DNA of 64,000 nucleotides, taken from positions 2,232,001 to 2,296,000 of the forward strand of contig JBHGNT010000010.1 of assembly GCA_043228905.1 (NCBI GenBank), given 5' to 3'. The notes beneath the pieces were generated by a model. It did not search any database. It was not told where the DNA came from and worked only from the letters and a program-made list of their open reading frames with translations. Shown one piece after another: positions 1 through 13,380 of this stretch. The position numbers and the translations under genes were made by a program. Numbering within the stretch: the stretch's first letter is position 1; each line of letters begins with the position of its first letter. This DNA is from Azolla caroliniana. Its lineage: Eukaryota > Plantae > Polypodiophyta.

Positions 1-2057
1 GGTCACGGAAGTACGAAGATTCTTGGGGGCATGCGCCTTCTACTACATATGGATCCCGCATTACGCGCACGTCGCGGAGCCGTTGTACGGATTATTGAAG
101 AAAGGGCGAAGATTCGAATGGCTAGACAAGCACACGGAGTCGGTCCGAAAGCTGAAGGAGGCTCTTTCGGCAGCACCGGCGCTCCGAAAGGCCGTCTACA
201 GGAAGGGCACCCCAGTGTACATAACGGTTGACACGAGTCCGACCGGAATCGGGTGGGTCGCCAACCAAGAAGACGAGGACGGCAATCGGTTCCCGATCCG
301 ATTCGGCGCGAAGGTCCTCAGTGAGCGGCAGCGAGGATACGCCCAGGTTAAACGCGAACTCTGGGGTATCGTTTCGGCGGTGAAGGCCGACAAGGACTAT
401 CTGATCGGGACAGAGGTAATCATAGAGACGGATTGCATGCCGATTCTCGGCATGGTTTCCGGATGCGCGACGCCGGACCTGGCAATGCTCAGGTGGATAG
501 CGTACATCAAGTCCCTGGACCCGGAAATACGACACATTTCCGGGAAAGACAACGCCATGGCCGACATGCTTTCAAGGGCGAGATTCGATGACGAGGGCGG
601 CATGGTTTCGGAGGACGAAGAGGTCGGCGTGGACTTCTTCGAGGCAACATACGTAACAACCGGCGGGACGAGCACTCCGGCGCTTAACGACTTCGACGCG
701 AGCAAGTACGACGGGGAGTGGCTGCAGATCGGCGGGTTCTTGAGGACAATGGCGCCGGATGCGTCATGGACGAAAGACGAGGCCAACCGGATCCGGAAGA
801 AAGCGTACCGGTTCTTTCTCCGAGATGGCTATCTATGGAAGCACCCGAAGAAGAGGGACGGCGCTCCGCTCCGGGTGGTGGCGATGAAGGAAGAACAGGA
901 GGAGCTGCTGACGGCCTACCACGACAGCCCTTGGGCCGGACACCGTGGAACTTGGGCCACGTTCGAGAAGATAAAGGAGAAGTACTGGTGGCCGGGACTG
1001 TACCGGGACGTGCATCGATTAGTGACAACTTGCGAGAGCTGTCAGATGCACTCCGTGGTCCGACACCGGGACGAGCTTCACCCTACGTACCCTCCGACCA
1101 TCCACTTCAAATGGATGGTAGATCTGGTGACGATGCCAATGGGGGTAGGACAGATGCGGTACCTGGTCGTAGCGCGGGAGGATCTGACGAACCAGGTGGA
1201 AGGCCGGGCCCTTCCGAACAAAACGACCGCGGCCGTATGTCGGTTCCTAGTCGAGGACGTGATATGCCGGTACGGGTGCGTCGGGGAAGATCGTGGCTGA
1301 CCGAGGGGAGTTGGACGCCGAAGAAGCCGCGGAGCTGTTCGACCGGCTGGGAGTCAAGCTCTCGCTCACCACTGCCTATAATCCGGAGGCGAATGGAAAG
1401 GTGGAGCGCGGACACGGACCGATCGTCAAGGCGCTGGTTCGAGCATGCGGAGGCCAAGTCGGTAACTGGCCTCGGCTGCTACCTTATGCTTTGTGGGCAG
1501 ACCGGACCACGCACAGTTCGGTAACCGGGTACATGCCGACGGAGCTCATGTTCGGCCAGAAGCCGATCATGCCGATAGAACGGGCGATCTCCTCGTGGGC
1601 AACGGTCGACTGGAGGGACGAGATGAGCCGGGAGGAGTTGTTGGCCGCGCGTATACGACAGCTCGAGCGGAGACCGGAGGACGTGGAACTGGCTGCGGAG
1701 AAGCTCCGGGTGGCGAGGACAAAGAACAAAGCCAGGTTCGACCGAACGCACCGGCTCCGACCAAAGAAAATCGACGAAGGTGACTGGGTGCTCGTCTACG
1801 ACAGCAGCCTCGACAACCAGCACCGAGCTACACGGAAGTTCGCACGAAGGTGGTTCGGGCCTTACGTGGTTCGGAGCGCCAATGACAACGGGACATATCA
1901 CCTGGCGGAACTAGACGACACGAGAATGGCGATACCGGTTGCAGGGAAGCGGATCAAAGCGTTCAAGAAGCGACACGACGACGAGCCAGACCCGGCTCTC
2001 CTAGTCAGCAGTGACGAACGATCCGAAAACGAGGAAGAACCGACGGGCGAGGAATGA
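1..2057 (+). pseudogene. pol: A1 pol (RNase H-integrase), one frameshift
   Basis: RNase H DTSPTGIG/ELWG, HHCC (H..H..CESC), DDE core, WFGPY; extra G in GTCGGGGAAG near 1286 versus GTCGGGAAG in A2 splits ORFs 23-1300 and 1293-2057. Confidence 0.92.
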
Positions 2058-2128
2058 AGACGGGCCGGTTTTCTCCGTCCCAACTCTCTTGGCGCATACC
2101 GGAGGATGCGCGGTTAGGTGGGGGCGGA

Positions 2129-2926
2129 TGTCGTGAAGAAAACCGTCCGTAGGCGGAATCAGCGCACCAAGGCGTGGGAACCGGTTCTTCACGCGCGCAC
2201 GCTCCAAGTTGTACATAGAAGCGAATTAGGAGGATAATCGGCAGGAACGGGCCCTAACACAAGTGGAGACAAAGACCGCGCGAACAGTCTTTTCGGTCGC
2301 GCGCGCGAGCGAAGGAACTGTACGAGTCGGCGGCGTAACTACGCGGATGCGTGAAGGACGGAGCGGATCCCTGTCCAAAAGGGACAGGGAATAAAGCTGA
2401 CATGACGGCCTGCTCGTCGGCCTATATAAGGAGCAGGAAAGAGCTGTTGCAGGGATCTCGCGCAGAGAGGACGAAGTGCTGTCGGACCGTTTCTGGACGC
2501 TTCTCTCTCTGTTTCCTTCCTTCTTGAGCTCCATAGCTTTCTGTGCAGGGTTCCGAGGAGGCTCGCGCTGTTTCGAGGAACGCCCGAGTGCTTCCGGCAG
2601 CACCTCCGACCTGCTACCCCCCCCCTTTTTGTGCGTCGAAGCGAACAAGCATCGGCATCTGTTCGCCGGCCTGTTCGGTTGTAACCAACCTGTGCCCCAT
2701 CGAGGGTTGTAGTCGTGTTGGCCATTTTCTTAATATACATATTTAGTCATTCGCATCTGTCTGTGTCGGTGTTTGTTTGCGTTCTCCGTGCTGAAGGGCC
2801 GTGTCCCTGTGTATCCCCGGTCCTGCGCAGCAGGTTCTCTCTCTTTCTCCTCCCTCGCTTGCTCTTTGGTTCGAGACCCCCGCGGTCCCGCCTCGTTTCC
2901 ACACGCACTTGCATGATATCTCGACA
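2129..2926 (+). repeat. A1 3' LTR (798 bp)
   Basis: TGTCG...CGACA termini, directly after the PPT, homologous to A2 LTRs. Confidence 0.9.
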
Positions 2927-3375
2927 ACGTTAGTTGTCACCTTGGGCAACGCTGGGCCGGAAGGAAAACAACTGTCCCTAGCAATAGTCAATTTGAGCTT
3001 GCTAGATGAGGAGGCACGTCGGAAAGACAAAGAGGTGATCTCCGACCCCAAAGCGCTCCGTACTGAATCGGAACGAGGAAGACAAAGGAATCGTAGTCCC
3101 CAGAACCGGGAAAAGTCGGGGACACAGTCAAAGTCAAGGATGAGGCCTACTTGCTTCTATTGCGGCAAGTCGGGACACTTCCAGAAGAACTCTCGGCATT
3201 TTTGAAAAGGAAAGGAAACCGATAGTACCAATTCAAAGCGGTCACCGGACTGGAACGGTAAAGACCGGAGGGGACCAGACCAGAAGGGAACGACGGCAAG
3301 TGAAGAGGAGTTGATGCTCATCACCGAGGAGAGTGAGTTGAACCTTGCCGGCGACGAGACAACGTGGGTTGTCGA

Positions 3376-6300
3376 TGTTGGAGACAAAGTCGTCAGTGCG
3401 GAAGATCAAGGGGCATTCGAGTGCTGTCGAATACCTGCGTATGACTGTTTCTATGTCGTTGCACAGAGAGAGAGTGAGAGAGAGAGAGAGGGACACAAAA
3501 GAGTTTCTTATTTCATAAAGTAATAATACAGCATCCAACCTTACAAAAAGGTTACAAGGTCACTATATATAGTGACCGACTTAGGGCAACTACCCTTTAT
3601 GCTAATTACATAAATGGCCAAAACGGGATAGTGTGAATACGTCCATTATACACATGTATTCGACACTCCCCCGTAATGGGCGTATACATGGGTTATCTAA
3701 GATTACAGGTATAGACTTAGGTTCTCGGACATATCTGCTTTGTTCGAGTCGGCAGGGTCCGAAGGCAGAAGACCGAACTGGTCGGGTCGGAACAGTTGAA
3801 GCCGATCATTAAGGAACTGATGTCGGTTGTCGGAAACCATCCTGCGCTGTGTCCGGCTCTAACCGGACTGGTTTGTCGTTACGCCCATCTGATGCCGAAG
3901 AGACCGAAAGCGGTCTGCCGAAAGACACTTGGTCATTCCATCTGCGACATTGTCGGTTGTGGATATTTTCTCTAGACCGATTTTCCCTGAAATGACGCAG
4001 TCCCGAACGAAGTGATATCGAACGTCGATATGTTTGGAGGCGTTGTGGTGAACCGGATTTTTTGACAAGGCAACAGCACCTTGACTGTCGCTGTAGACAA
4101 CTGGGGCCGAGTCATGGTCGACTTGTCGAAACGTGTGCGCCAGCCGACCGAGCCACAAAGCTTCTTTTGCTGCGTCGGACGCAGCTACATATTCTGCTTC
4201 GGTCGTTGAGGTCGCTGTGCACTCCTGAAGTTTCGACTTCCACGAGATTGCTCCATTGCCGAATTTGAAGCAGTATCCGGTTGTTGATTTCCGACTGTCT
4301 ATACAGCCGGCGAAGTCCGAGTCGGTGTAACCGACTACGCCTGAGGTTCGGTTCGGACCGAAAAGAATGCCGTGGTCTTTTGTGCCAGCCAGATATCTGA
4401 ACACATGCTTGACTGCGTTCCAATGCGATCGGCCAGGATTGTGCATAAATCTGCTAACGACTCCTACGGCGTGAGAAATATCAGGCCGTGTCGCGACCAT
4501 CAGGTACATAAGGGAGCCGACTGCCGGTGCATACGGTACCGACTTCATATCTTCCCCCTCCGGACCGGATGTCGGGCAGTCTCGCTGAGAGAGCCGAAGA
4601 TTCATAGGGAGCGGGGTTGAAGCAGATTTGGCTGATTGCATGTTGAAGCGTTCTAAGACACGTCCGATATAGTCGGTCTGAGACAAAAAAAGATGTCGTT
4701 TATCGCGATGCCGACTAATTTTCATGCCAAGGATGTGTCGTGCCGGACCGAGGTCCTTCATGGCAAACTTCAACCGCAGTTGCCGAATGAGATCGGCAAG
4801 TTCGCCCGCGTGGCGTCCAGAAATTAGCATGTCGTCCACGTAAATGATGAGGAAGATGGGTGATCCATCTTGAGCTGTGTTGGTAAAGAGACAATGGTCC
4901 TCATCGCTTTTTGAGAAGCCGATCGATTGGATGAAGTCGTCGAACTTCTTGTACCATTGTCGTGGTGCCTGTTTGAGGCCGTATAGACTCTTCCTGAGTC
5001 GGCAGACTAGATGTTCTTGGCCGGTTGCCACGAAGCCTTTTGGCTGCTCCATATAAATTTCCTCGTCAAGATCACCATGGAGGAATGCTGTTTTGACATC
5101 TAGCTGAATCAGCTCCAAGTTGTCAGCTGCCACTACGCCGAGTAGAAAACGAAGGGTTGTCATTTTCACCACTGGTGAAAAAATCTCGTCGAAGTCGACG
5201 CCATATTCTTGTCGGAAGCCCTTCGCAACTAATCTGGCCTTGTACTTTGGGGTGGTCGAATCAGACGTCTCTTTTAGTCGATAAACCCACTTGCAAGGAA
5301 GAGCACGTCGGTTCCTAGGTAATTCGACCAGATCCCAAGTCTTGTTTGCCCGAATGGAGTGCATTTCCGACTCCATCGCCAGATGCCAGGTGGCGGAATC
5401 GACAGATGTCGATGCTTCTTCGTAAGACGTCGGTTCGCCGGCGTCGGTGAAGAAAATTCCAGGAGAATACCTCTCCGGAGGTTGCGACAGTCTCTCGGAT
5501 CGGCGAGGTAAGATTGGACTGGTCGCATCGGGTATCAAGGCCGGATGGTCCGAAAGCGGATTGTTCTGTTGTGCCGAGTCGGTAGTGTAAGGTTCAGCTA
5601 CCCGTGAAGCTGACCGTGTGTTGAGAGCAGGGCCTTCTTGAAGGGTCGGCACATCGGAAAATGTTACCCTTCGGACTTCGATCGGTTTTTCGACTGATGG
5701 ATTCATAGCCGACTCGTTGAACACAACGTCCGAACTTCGAACGATTTGTCTGCGTTCGGGGTCCCAGAGTCAGTATCCCATTTCGCCGTCGGATCCATAT
5801 CCGAGGAAAATGCATTTCCTGGACCGAGGTGCAAGTTTTCGGCGATCATCTTTCGGAATGAGGGCGTACGCCTCGCATCCGAAGATCCTCAGCTTGTCGT
5901 AATTCGGCTTACTGCCGATCCATAGTTCCTGAGGAATTTGAAGTCCTAGAGGTCTACTTGGCGACATATTGATTATGTGTACTGCCGTGAGTAGAGCCTC
6001 TGCCCAGAAGCCATCCGACAGTCCGGAGTGTTGGAGCATGGAAACTGTCCGTTCTTGGATTGTCCGATTCATTCGTTCTGCAATCCCGTTTTGCTCCGGA
6101 CTGTGTGGTGCCGTAAGTTCACGTCGGATGCCGCGTTGTCGGCAGAATTTGACGAATTCTTCGGATTTAAACTCTCCCCCGTTGTCGGTTCGAAAGCATT
6201 TCAGCTTTCGGTCGGTTTGATTTTCCACCATAGCGAGCCAATCGGTGAAGATCGAGAAGACACGATCTTTGGTGCGAATTGGATAAGCCCACACCTTTCG

Positions 6301-8729
6301 AGTCGAATCGTCAATAAAACTGACGAAGTAAGAGGCACCGCCAAGAGACTGATGCGGCATTGGGCCACAGACGTCCGAGTGGACCAAATCGAGAGGTCTC
6401 GTTTCTCTTGGTGCTGATGTCGGGTGTGATGCGGCTGCTTGTTTGCCATACTGGCAATGCTCGCAGAATTGATGGTCGGAGAAGGAGAGTTTAGGGATGT
6501 ATCCGGTTCTAGATAGGTGCGTGATGCCGGCCTTGCTGAGGTGTCCTAATCTTCTGTGCCATAGTGATGACACAGGAATATCCACCAAAAACAGGTTACC
6601 CTCTCTGAGCGTAACATGTAACGGATACAGGGAGTGTATCTTGGGTCCTCTAGCAAGCAGGAGGTTCCCCCTGTGGAGTGTCCACCCTCCCGAAGAAAAA
6701 CCGGCACGAATGCCGTCTTCATCTAGTTGTCCGACTGAGATCAATGGCCTTGAGAGCTCGGGTACGTGTCGGACATTGTGGAGTACAAGTGTAGAGCCAC
6801 CTGCAAGGTTGAGCTCTACTGTGCCGATTCCGATGATGTCACAGTGTTGCGAGTTACCGACTCGAACTGAGTCGGAGTGACGGATCGTATATTGCCGAAA
6901 TTGGGATCGATGAGGAGTCACGTGAAATGACGCGCCCGAATCCAAGAGCCATGTGCTCGATTCTTCAGTCGTGAGCAGAACTTCTGATCCGACTGGATTT
7001 TCGATTGATAGAATATTCGGGTCGTCTGGTAGCACATCAGCCGAGAAGCTGACGTAATTGATCTCCTCATGCCGGCCACTCTTCTTGTTGTTCTTGTTCT
7101 TGAGTGCGCGGCAGTCGGCTTTGATGTGTCCGGGTTTCTTGCAGTAGTTGCAGATTCGGTTATCCCGTGACTGGCTCCGTCTTCGCTGATTGTTCGGCGG
7201 CCGTGAGGAATCTCTTCCTCGTATGTTCGATCGGTCTGTCGAACCTTGTACTACGTAAGCGTCGTCTGTTGAGTCTTTGGCGAAAGACTTTCTCCGAGCT
7301 GCTTCGGTCAGGATTGCGCTCGTGACTTCGGAGTATTTAACAGCCGTGGTTGACGCGTTGCACACGGTTGTGACGAAAGTTTCCCATGATGAGGGAAGGC
7401 TGCTCATGAGTATCATTGCTCTGAGTTCATCCTCGATTGCCGTCCCCTGTGACGAGATTTGGGAGCTTATGCTTTCGTACTCATTGAGGTGTGCTTGAAC
7501 CGAATCAGATTCTTTCATCCGCAAGTTGTAGAGGCGCCGGATCAGAAACATCTTCGTTGCGGCGACCTTCTTTTCGTAAGTGTCCGACAGTGTTTTCCAC
7601 AGTTCGAATGCTGTCGTACACGATTGCACCGTAAAGTATACCGATTCCGATAGGTGCATCCGAATCGTGGCGCGGACAATTCTGTCCAGCTTCTGCCACT
7701 CAATTGGTTTGTATCCTTCTGGAGGTTCTTCATTTTCGATGGGATCGATTTGCCCCTTGACTATGAGATAGTCCTGCATTTGCTCCTTCCAGAAGTTGAA
7801 GTTCGATCCATCGAACTTTCGTAGACTCATTTCTGACGAGCCGGATGTTGATGCCATCAAATTTGGTTTCGGTTGACGAAGCTCGGTTCGGAGTTGACTA
7901 CGAGCCTTGTTGGAGTGCAGCCGGTTGGCTCACCCGATATTGCTCTAGTCGGATTTGAACCCGAGTCGGTTCGGCTTCGGAACTTGCTCGAATTGACTCC
8001 GGTAGCTTGAGGGGCAGAACCGACTGGTCTTCCCGAATGTTGCCGAGTCGGAGTGAGCCCGGTTCGCTTCGGATATATATGCCGAATACCGATTATTGAA
8101 ACCGATTATCTGGACCGATTCTGCTTCGGTTGACTGCAGCAACGAGAGAGACGGATCCAACTGATCCTCCCGAATGTCGATCAGCCAGATGAAGCACGAA
8201 TTTGGGTTGTTGTCAATGTTGCACAAGGGGATTTCACCTCGAGCGGTTACGATCACAAGGAACAGAGTACAACCTGCTGGCTTACTCCAAGCGAAGTTGA
8301 TCTTACGCGATGAGATGCAAACCTCGTTTTTCTTCTTCTTCTCTCTTCGAATGACGCAGGAAACCGAATACTGTGCAGGCTGAGACGACGGCCGACAGCG
8401 GATTGAAGGACCGACTACTGTGCAGGCTCTGATACCAGATGTTGGAGACAAAGTCGTCAGTGCGGAAGATCAAGGGGCATTCGAGTGCTGCTGAATACCT
8501 GCGTATGACTGTTTCTATGTCGTTGCACAGAGAGAGAGTGAGAGAGAGAGAGAGGGACACAAAAGAGTTTCTTATTTCATAAAGTAATAATACAGCATCC
8601 AACCTTACAAAAAGGTTACAAGGTCACTATATATAGTGACCGACTTAGGGCAACTACCCTTTATGCTAATTACATAAATGGCCAAAACGGGATAGTGTGA
8701 ATACGTCCATTATACACATGTATTCGACA
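3376..8729 (-). mobile_element. Full-length young Ty1/Copia element D (5.35 kb)
   Basis: 290-bp LTRs 3376-3665 and 8440-8729 (2 mismatches seen); TSD GTCGA at 3371-3375 and 8730-8734; PBS TGGTATCAGAGC (tRNA-iMet) 8426-8437; PPT complement CTCCCCC from 3666. Confidence 0.97.
3859..7860 (-). pseudogene. gag-pol: Copia D gag-pol polyprotein with one in-frame nonsense codon
   Basis: ORFs 5770-7860 (gag, CCHC, LDSGAS protease, integrase) and 3859-5724 (RT YVDD, RNase H) share a frame; GGA TAC TGA CTC TGG GAC corresponds to the conserved GY(R)LWD, so CGA to TGA. Confidence 0.93.
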
Positions 8730-11700
8730 GTCGATTCCGGAGCGTCGTTCCACCTTACTCCGGACCGGAAAAACCAGTGAGCATGGCTGTGTCCAGATGG
8801 GGAATGAAGGTACATGCCGAATTGTGGCTGACAACACCAACCGGATGCAAGTTGCTGATGAAGGATGTCTGACACGTTCTGGAGGTTCGACTGAACTTGA
8901 TATCAGCCAGTCGGCTAGATGATGAGGGCTACACGGGTAGCATCTGGAACGGTGTCATGAAGTTCAACAAGGGGAGCCTGATAGTGGCTCGGGCCCGGAA
9001 GGTCAACACACTGTACCTGATGAATGCCCGGTTATGCCCGGAAGAAGTGAACGTGGCATCTGACACTGCCGGTGAGCTGTGGCACAAGAGACTGTGTCAC
9101 ATGAGCGAGAAGGGGATGAAGAGGCTTGCCGATGACAACCTCATTCCGGTGAAGGACGTGCATCTTGAGAGGTGCACCGATTGCCTGGCAGGTAAGCAAA
9201 ACCGAACCTCTTTCCGATCAAGGCCACCGATGAGACGTAATGTACCATTGGAGTTGGTGCATACCGATGTGTGTCAAGTGGACACGAAGTCACATGCCGG
9301 AGCGTAGTACTTTGTGACGTTCATAGATGACCACAGCCGGAAGCTGTGGGCCACACTGTTGAAGATGAAGGATCATGTGTTATCCGTCTTCAAGGAGCTC
9401 CACGCGAGAGTGGAAAGAGAAACCGGATGGAAGCTGAAGGCAGTTTGAGCAGATAACAGAGGAGAATACCGGGGGTAGTTCGAGGAGTACTGTCGCTCGA
9501 AGGGAATCCGACTCGAATTTTCCGTGTTGAAGACGTCGGAACTAAACGGGCTGGCCGAGAGGATGAACCGAACCATAATGGAGAGGGTCCGGAGTATGTT
9601 GGCACATGCTAAGCTACCCAAGACGTTTTGGGCTGAGGCGCTGTCAACAACGACGTACCTCAGTGCCCTTGGACGGAGACATGCCGCAGAGAGTGTGGAC
9701 CGGTAAGGAAGTGTCTTACCGGCATTTGAAGGTTTTCGGGTGTCTTGCTTACGTGCATGTTGCAAAGGACCGGAGAGCAAAGTTGGATCCAAAGTCCCGG
9801 CCTTGCATATTCCTCAGATATGGCGATGATGAGTTCGGCTACCGAGTGTGGGATCTAGTCGACAAGAAGGTTTTCCGGAGTCGAGATATTATCTTCATGG
9901 AGGATAAGACCCTTGCCGACTGGGAGTTGGAAGAAGATAATGAACTCCGAGTTGACCGGTAAGATCGGTTTGATGAGATTCGGACCTACCCGGCGAAGAG
10001 CCGGTTGACACTCGAAGAACCGGCCGGTTACGGTGAGGATACCGAATCGGCAGAAGAAGAAGAAGAGGAAGCTGGAACCGGAACTGACCAAAACCCTGAA
10101 TCGGATTCAGATGAAGAACAATTAGAGGAGCCGGTTGCCGAAAGCCAAAGACGGAGATATCCTCTCAGAGAGAGAAGGCCCCCTCGGAGATTTTCGGATC
10201 CAGAGCATGTGTTGCTAACCGATGAGGGGGAACCGGAAAGTTTCAAAGAAGCAAAGGAGGACACCCACAACTGCAAGTGGTTGAGTGCCATGCAGGACGA
10301 GATGGATTCCCTGCATGAGAACCATACGTATGAACTGGTGGAGTTGCCGAAAGGAAAGCAGGCAGTCCGGAATAAGTGGGTGTACAAGCTGAAACTGGGA
10401 GATGTCGACAACTCCTCGAGATACAAAGCCAGGATCGTGGTGAAGGGGTTCCAGCAGAAGAAGGGTGTGGACTTCGACGAGATATTTGCCACGGTAGTAA
10501 AGATGACCTCCATCTGGACAGTGCTGGGCATAACGACAAGCATGGACCTCGAGGTAGAGAAATTAGATGTGAAGACGGCGTTCCTCCACGACGACCTCGA
10601 AGAGGAGATCTACATGCAGCAACCAGAGGGATTTGTGAAGAAAGGGAAGGAACACCTGGTTTGCCGGTTGAAGAAGAGCCTCTACGGTTTGAAGCAGGCT
10701 CCCCGACAATGGTACCAGAAGTTCGACTCCTTCATGACCGATCAAGGGTACCACAAGACGCAGGCCGATCACTGCGTATTTGTGAAGAAGTTCGAAGGTG
10801 GAGACTTCCTGATACTCCTCCTGTATGTGGACGACATGTTGATCATCGAACGAGAGCAAGTCAAGATAAAGATGTTGAAGAAGGCTTTGAACCAGACCTT
10901 CTCAATGAAAGACTTGGGTCCGGCAAGGCAGATACTGGAGATGCATATCATCCGGAACCGGTCAACGAAGCAATTGTGGCTGTCACAAGGAGAAGTATGT
11001 GACAAAGGTGCTTCAACGGTTCAACATGTCAGATGCGAAACCTGTCGGATCGACACTCCCGACAAGCTATAGGTTATCCGGTAAGCAAAGCCCGAAGACG
11101 AAGGTAGAGGAGGCAGATATGATGAAGATACCATATGCCTCTGCCGTCGGGAGCTTAATGTATGCAATGGTGTGTACCTGACCGGATATTGGATACGTAG
11201 TCGGAGTGGTGAGCCAGTTTATGAGCAATCCCGACAAGGAGCACTGGAATGTGGTAAAATGGATACTCCGGTACTTGAAAGGCACCTCAACTATGTGTCT
11301 CCGATTCTGCTCCGGTAAACCCCAACTTGACGGTTTCACCGATTCAGATATGTGGGCTGATGCGGATACCAGCCAGTCAACATTGGGATATCTTATGACA
11401 TATGCAGGGGGAGCTATTTCGTTGCAGTCGAGGTTGCAGAATACGGTTGCGTTGTCAAGAGCTAGGGATGAAGGACTTCATCGAAGAGCTAGGGATCCGG
11501 CAAGAGGAATACCGGCTCTACTGCGACAATCAAAGTGCCATCCACCTTGCGAAGAACGCAACGTATCATTCCAGGACGAAGCACATCCAACAGAGGTACC
11601 ACTGGATTTGGGAGCGAGTAGAAGATTGGGAGTTCGCGCTGACGAAAATCCACAAAGAGGAGAACGGGTCAAACATGCTGACCAAAGTGCTGACACTTGA

Positions 11701-11758
11701 CAAGCTGAATGCATGCAGGAGGAGGATTAGACTGACGAGGCATCCCATGCCGGAGTGA
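8730..11758 (+). pseudogene. pol: Copia B pol (PR-INT-RT-RH) with many stops and frameshifts
   Basis: Fragments 8897-9307, 9524-9706, 9606-9962, 10005-11072, 10999-11181, 11206-11700 and 11402-11758 in Copia domain order. Confidence 0.88.
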
Positions 11759-11768
11759 AGGGGGAGTT

Positions 11769-11996
11769 TGTGAGGATTTCGGTCCCTCCGGATGGGATAT
11801 GTGTACTCGGCAAGGAAGGCCCGGTGAGAATCGGAGGACGCATGCTTGGTGAGAACCTCTCACTGAATGAAGGGACATATATGTAAATATGTTCCAAAGA
11901 GGCTGGTGCTATATTATAAATAACCTGAAAGTCATATTAGTATAAATATGACCTAGGCAAAATAGTATTTGTGCGTATCATTGAGTGTTGTCATTT
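11769..11996 (+). repeat. Partial 3' LTR of Copia B
   Basis: TG after the PPT; shares GGTCCCTCCGGATGGGA and AAAGTCATATTAGTATAAATATGAC with the LTR at 30675. Confidence 0.75.
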
Positions 11997-13367
11997 TGTT
12001 GTATATAGTTGAAAAGAATGGCGAGCAAAAGCAATATAGGAAAACCGAACAACAGAAAACGTAGGTTTAATGGAAAGCTTAGGTTTACACAGTACGCACG
12101 GGAGAGACAGAGAGAGAGTAAACACAAGAACTTAATTCAAAAAATAATACTCGATCTGTACATACATCGTGCTCAGTGAGCACCTTTTATACAAGCCCTG
12201 ACAATGGGCTAACACAAGTACTAACAGTACTTGACTGCTCATAAATGAGCCTTGACACTAACTCCCAAATATATTCCTTGCGGAATATCTTTTTGATGGC
12301 CTCCCGGTTTTTGCACCGATTCGGCCTTCCTACGCACCGGTCTGCGTATAGGTTTCCAACCGATCCGGCCTAACCGATCAGTCCCAACCGATCCGGTCCT
12401 CGGCTTGCTCAGCCGATTTGGCCAATGTTGAGCTTGTCTCTCAACACTCCCCCTCAAGCTCAACTTGAGGCTCTTCGGGATCTTCCGGGTCATCGCTCTG
12501 GTTCCTCCTGGCTCCACGCCTCGCTCGCGCTCCTCGGCCTGTTCGACTCCGTGCGCTTCAACCCTTCCGGTCGGCTTGTCTGCTCCCACGACCCTTTATA
12601 GCTCCCTTCCTGTCGCGGTGTTGGCACTTCTCCTGCTGCCTTCTTTTCCGCTTGGCCCTAGGTTGATTCAGTGTATCCGAATCAAACATCCGAACCGACT
12701 CGACTACCTCTGATCGATTTTTGCTCTCGTCCGAGTTGGCTGTCTCCAACTCGTCTTCAGTCTTCTCGCCCTTGACGGCATCATCTCCCCCATGCTTGGT
12801 TGGCTTCGGCTCTTTCTTTCGGCTGCTCCCCTTATGTCCGCATTCAGACTCTTCCGCGGATCTGCCCTTGTTGTCCAGAGGACAGAAATGTAAAATTAGG
12901 AAATTAGCAAACGGCGGTAGTGTAACCGAGTAGGAAAGAACGCCAGCGAGCGTCGAGTCCGAGTATCACGGGCCACCGACGACTCGGCTGTGTATTAGGG
13001 GAAACGTTATTTAAACGAGGTCCAGTACCTCAGAGCGGAGGCAGAAAATATAGGCGGAAGCACTAGCTTAGTCCATCGTAACTAGATAATCCTGTAAGGT
13101 CACCGGCCGTAGGCGGTGTTCTGTAATCCTTTTGGTGTTGCAGTAATATATCTGATTTGTGTCCATTTTGCTCCATGTGTCTGTGCTTTGGCTCATACTT
13201 ATGATTTCAGCGCCGCCCACGCCTATCAAGATCTCGCTAGTGTTTTATCTCTGATCATTTTCTCCCTCACGACGCCTCTGTTACGAGCCTTCACGTACCA
13301 CGCCCTTGGATACCGATAGCCGCAGGTCTATCGAAGGTGTTCACCCAAAGGAACGGGTAACACAATT

Positions 13368-13380
13368 TGGCACGCCCGGT
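13368..13380 (+). promoter_or_regulatory. Primer-binding site of T, probably tRNA-Arg(UCU)
   Basis: TGGCACGCCCGGT 5 nt after the LTR; complementary to the recalled plant tRNA-Arg 3' end ...ACCGGGCGTGCCA. Confidence 0.75.

Larger units (their letters stand above)
1..2926 (+). mobile_element. Gypsy family A, copy A1 (5' part lies outside the window): RT end, RNase H, integrase, PPT, 3' LTR
   Basis: Pol nearly identical to A2; PPT TTAGGTGGGGGCGGA 2114-2128; LTR TGTCGTG...CTCGACA 2129-2926; followed by ACGT and Copia gag sequence. Confidence 0.93.
2927..11996 (+). mobile_element. Old degenerate Ty1/Copia element B (Tnt1-like), interrupted by A1, D and C1
   Basis: gag knuckle CFYCGKSGH (~3150); protease WVV|DSGASFH split by D; GAG-pre-integrase LWHKRLCH; RT LYGLKQAPRQWY and LYVDD; RNase H RTKHI; PPT GAAGGGGGAG 11757-11766; 3' LTR starts 11769. 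Confidence 0.88.

Noticed and set aside
13368-13380. tRNA genes at the tRNA-like motifs
   Set aside because: Only 12-18-nt matches next to LTRs with no cloverleaf, so they are primer sites
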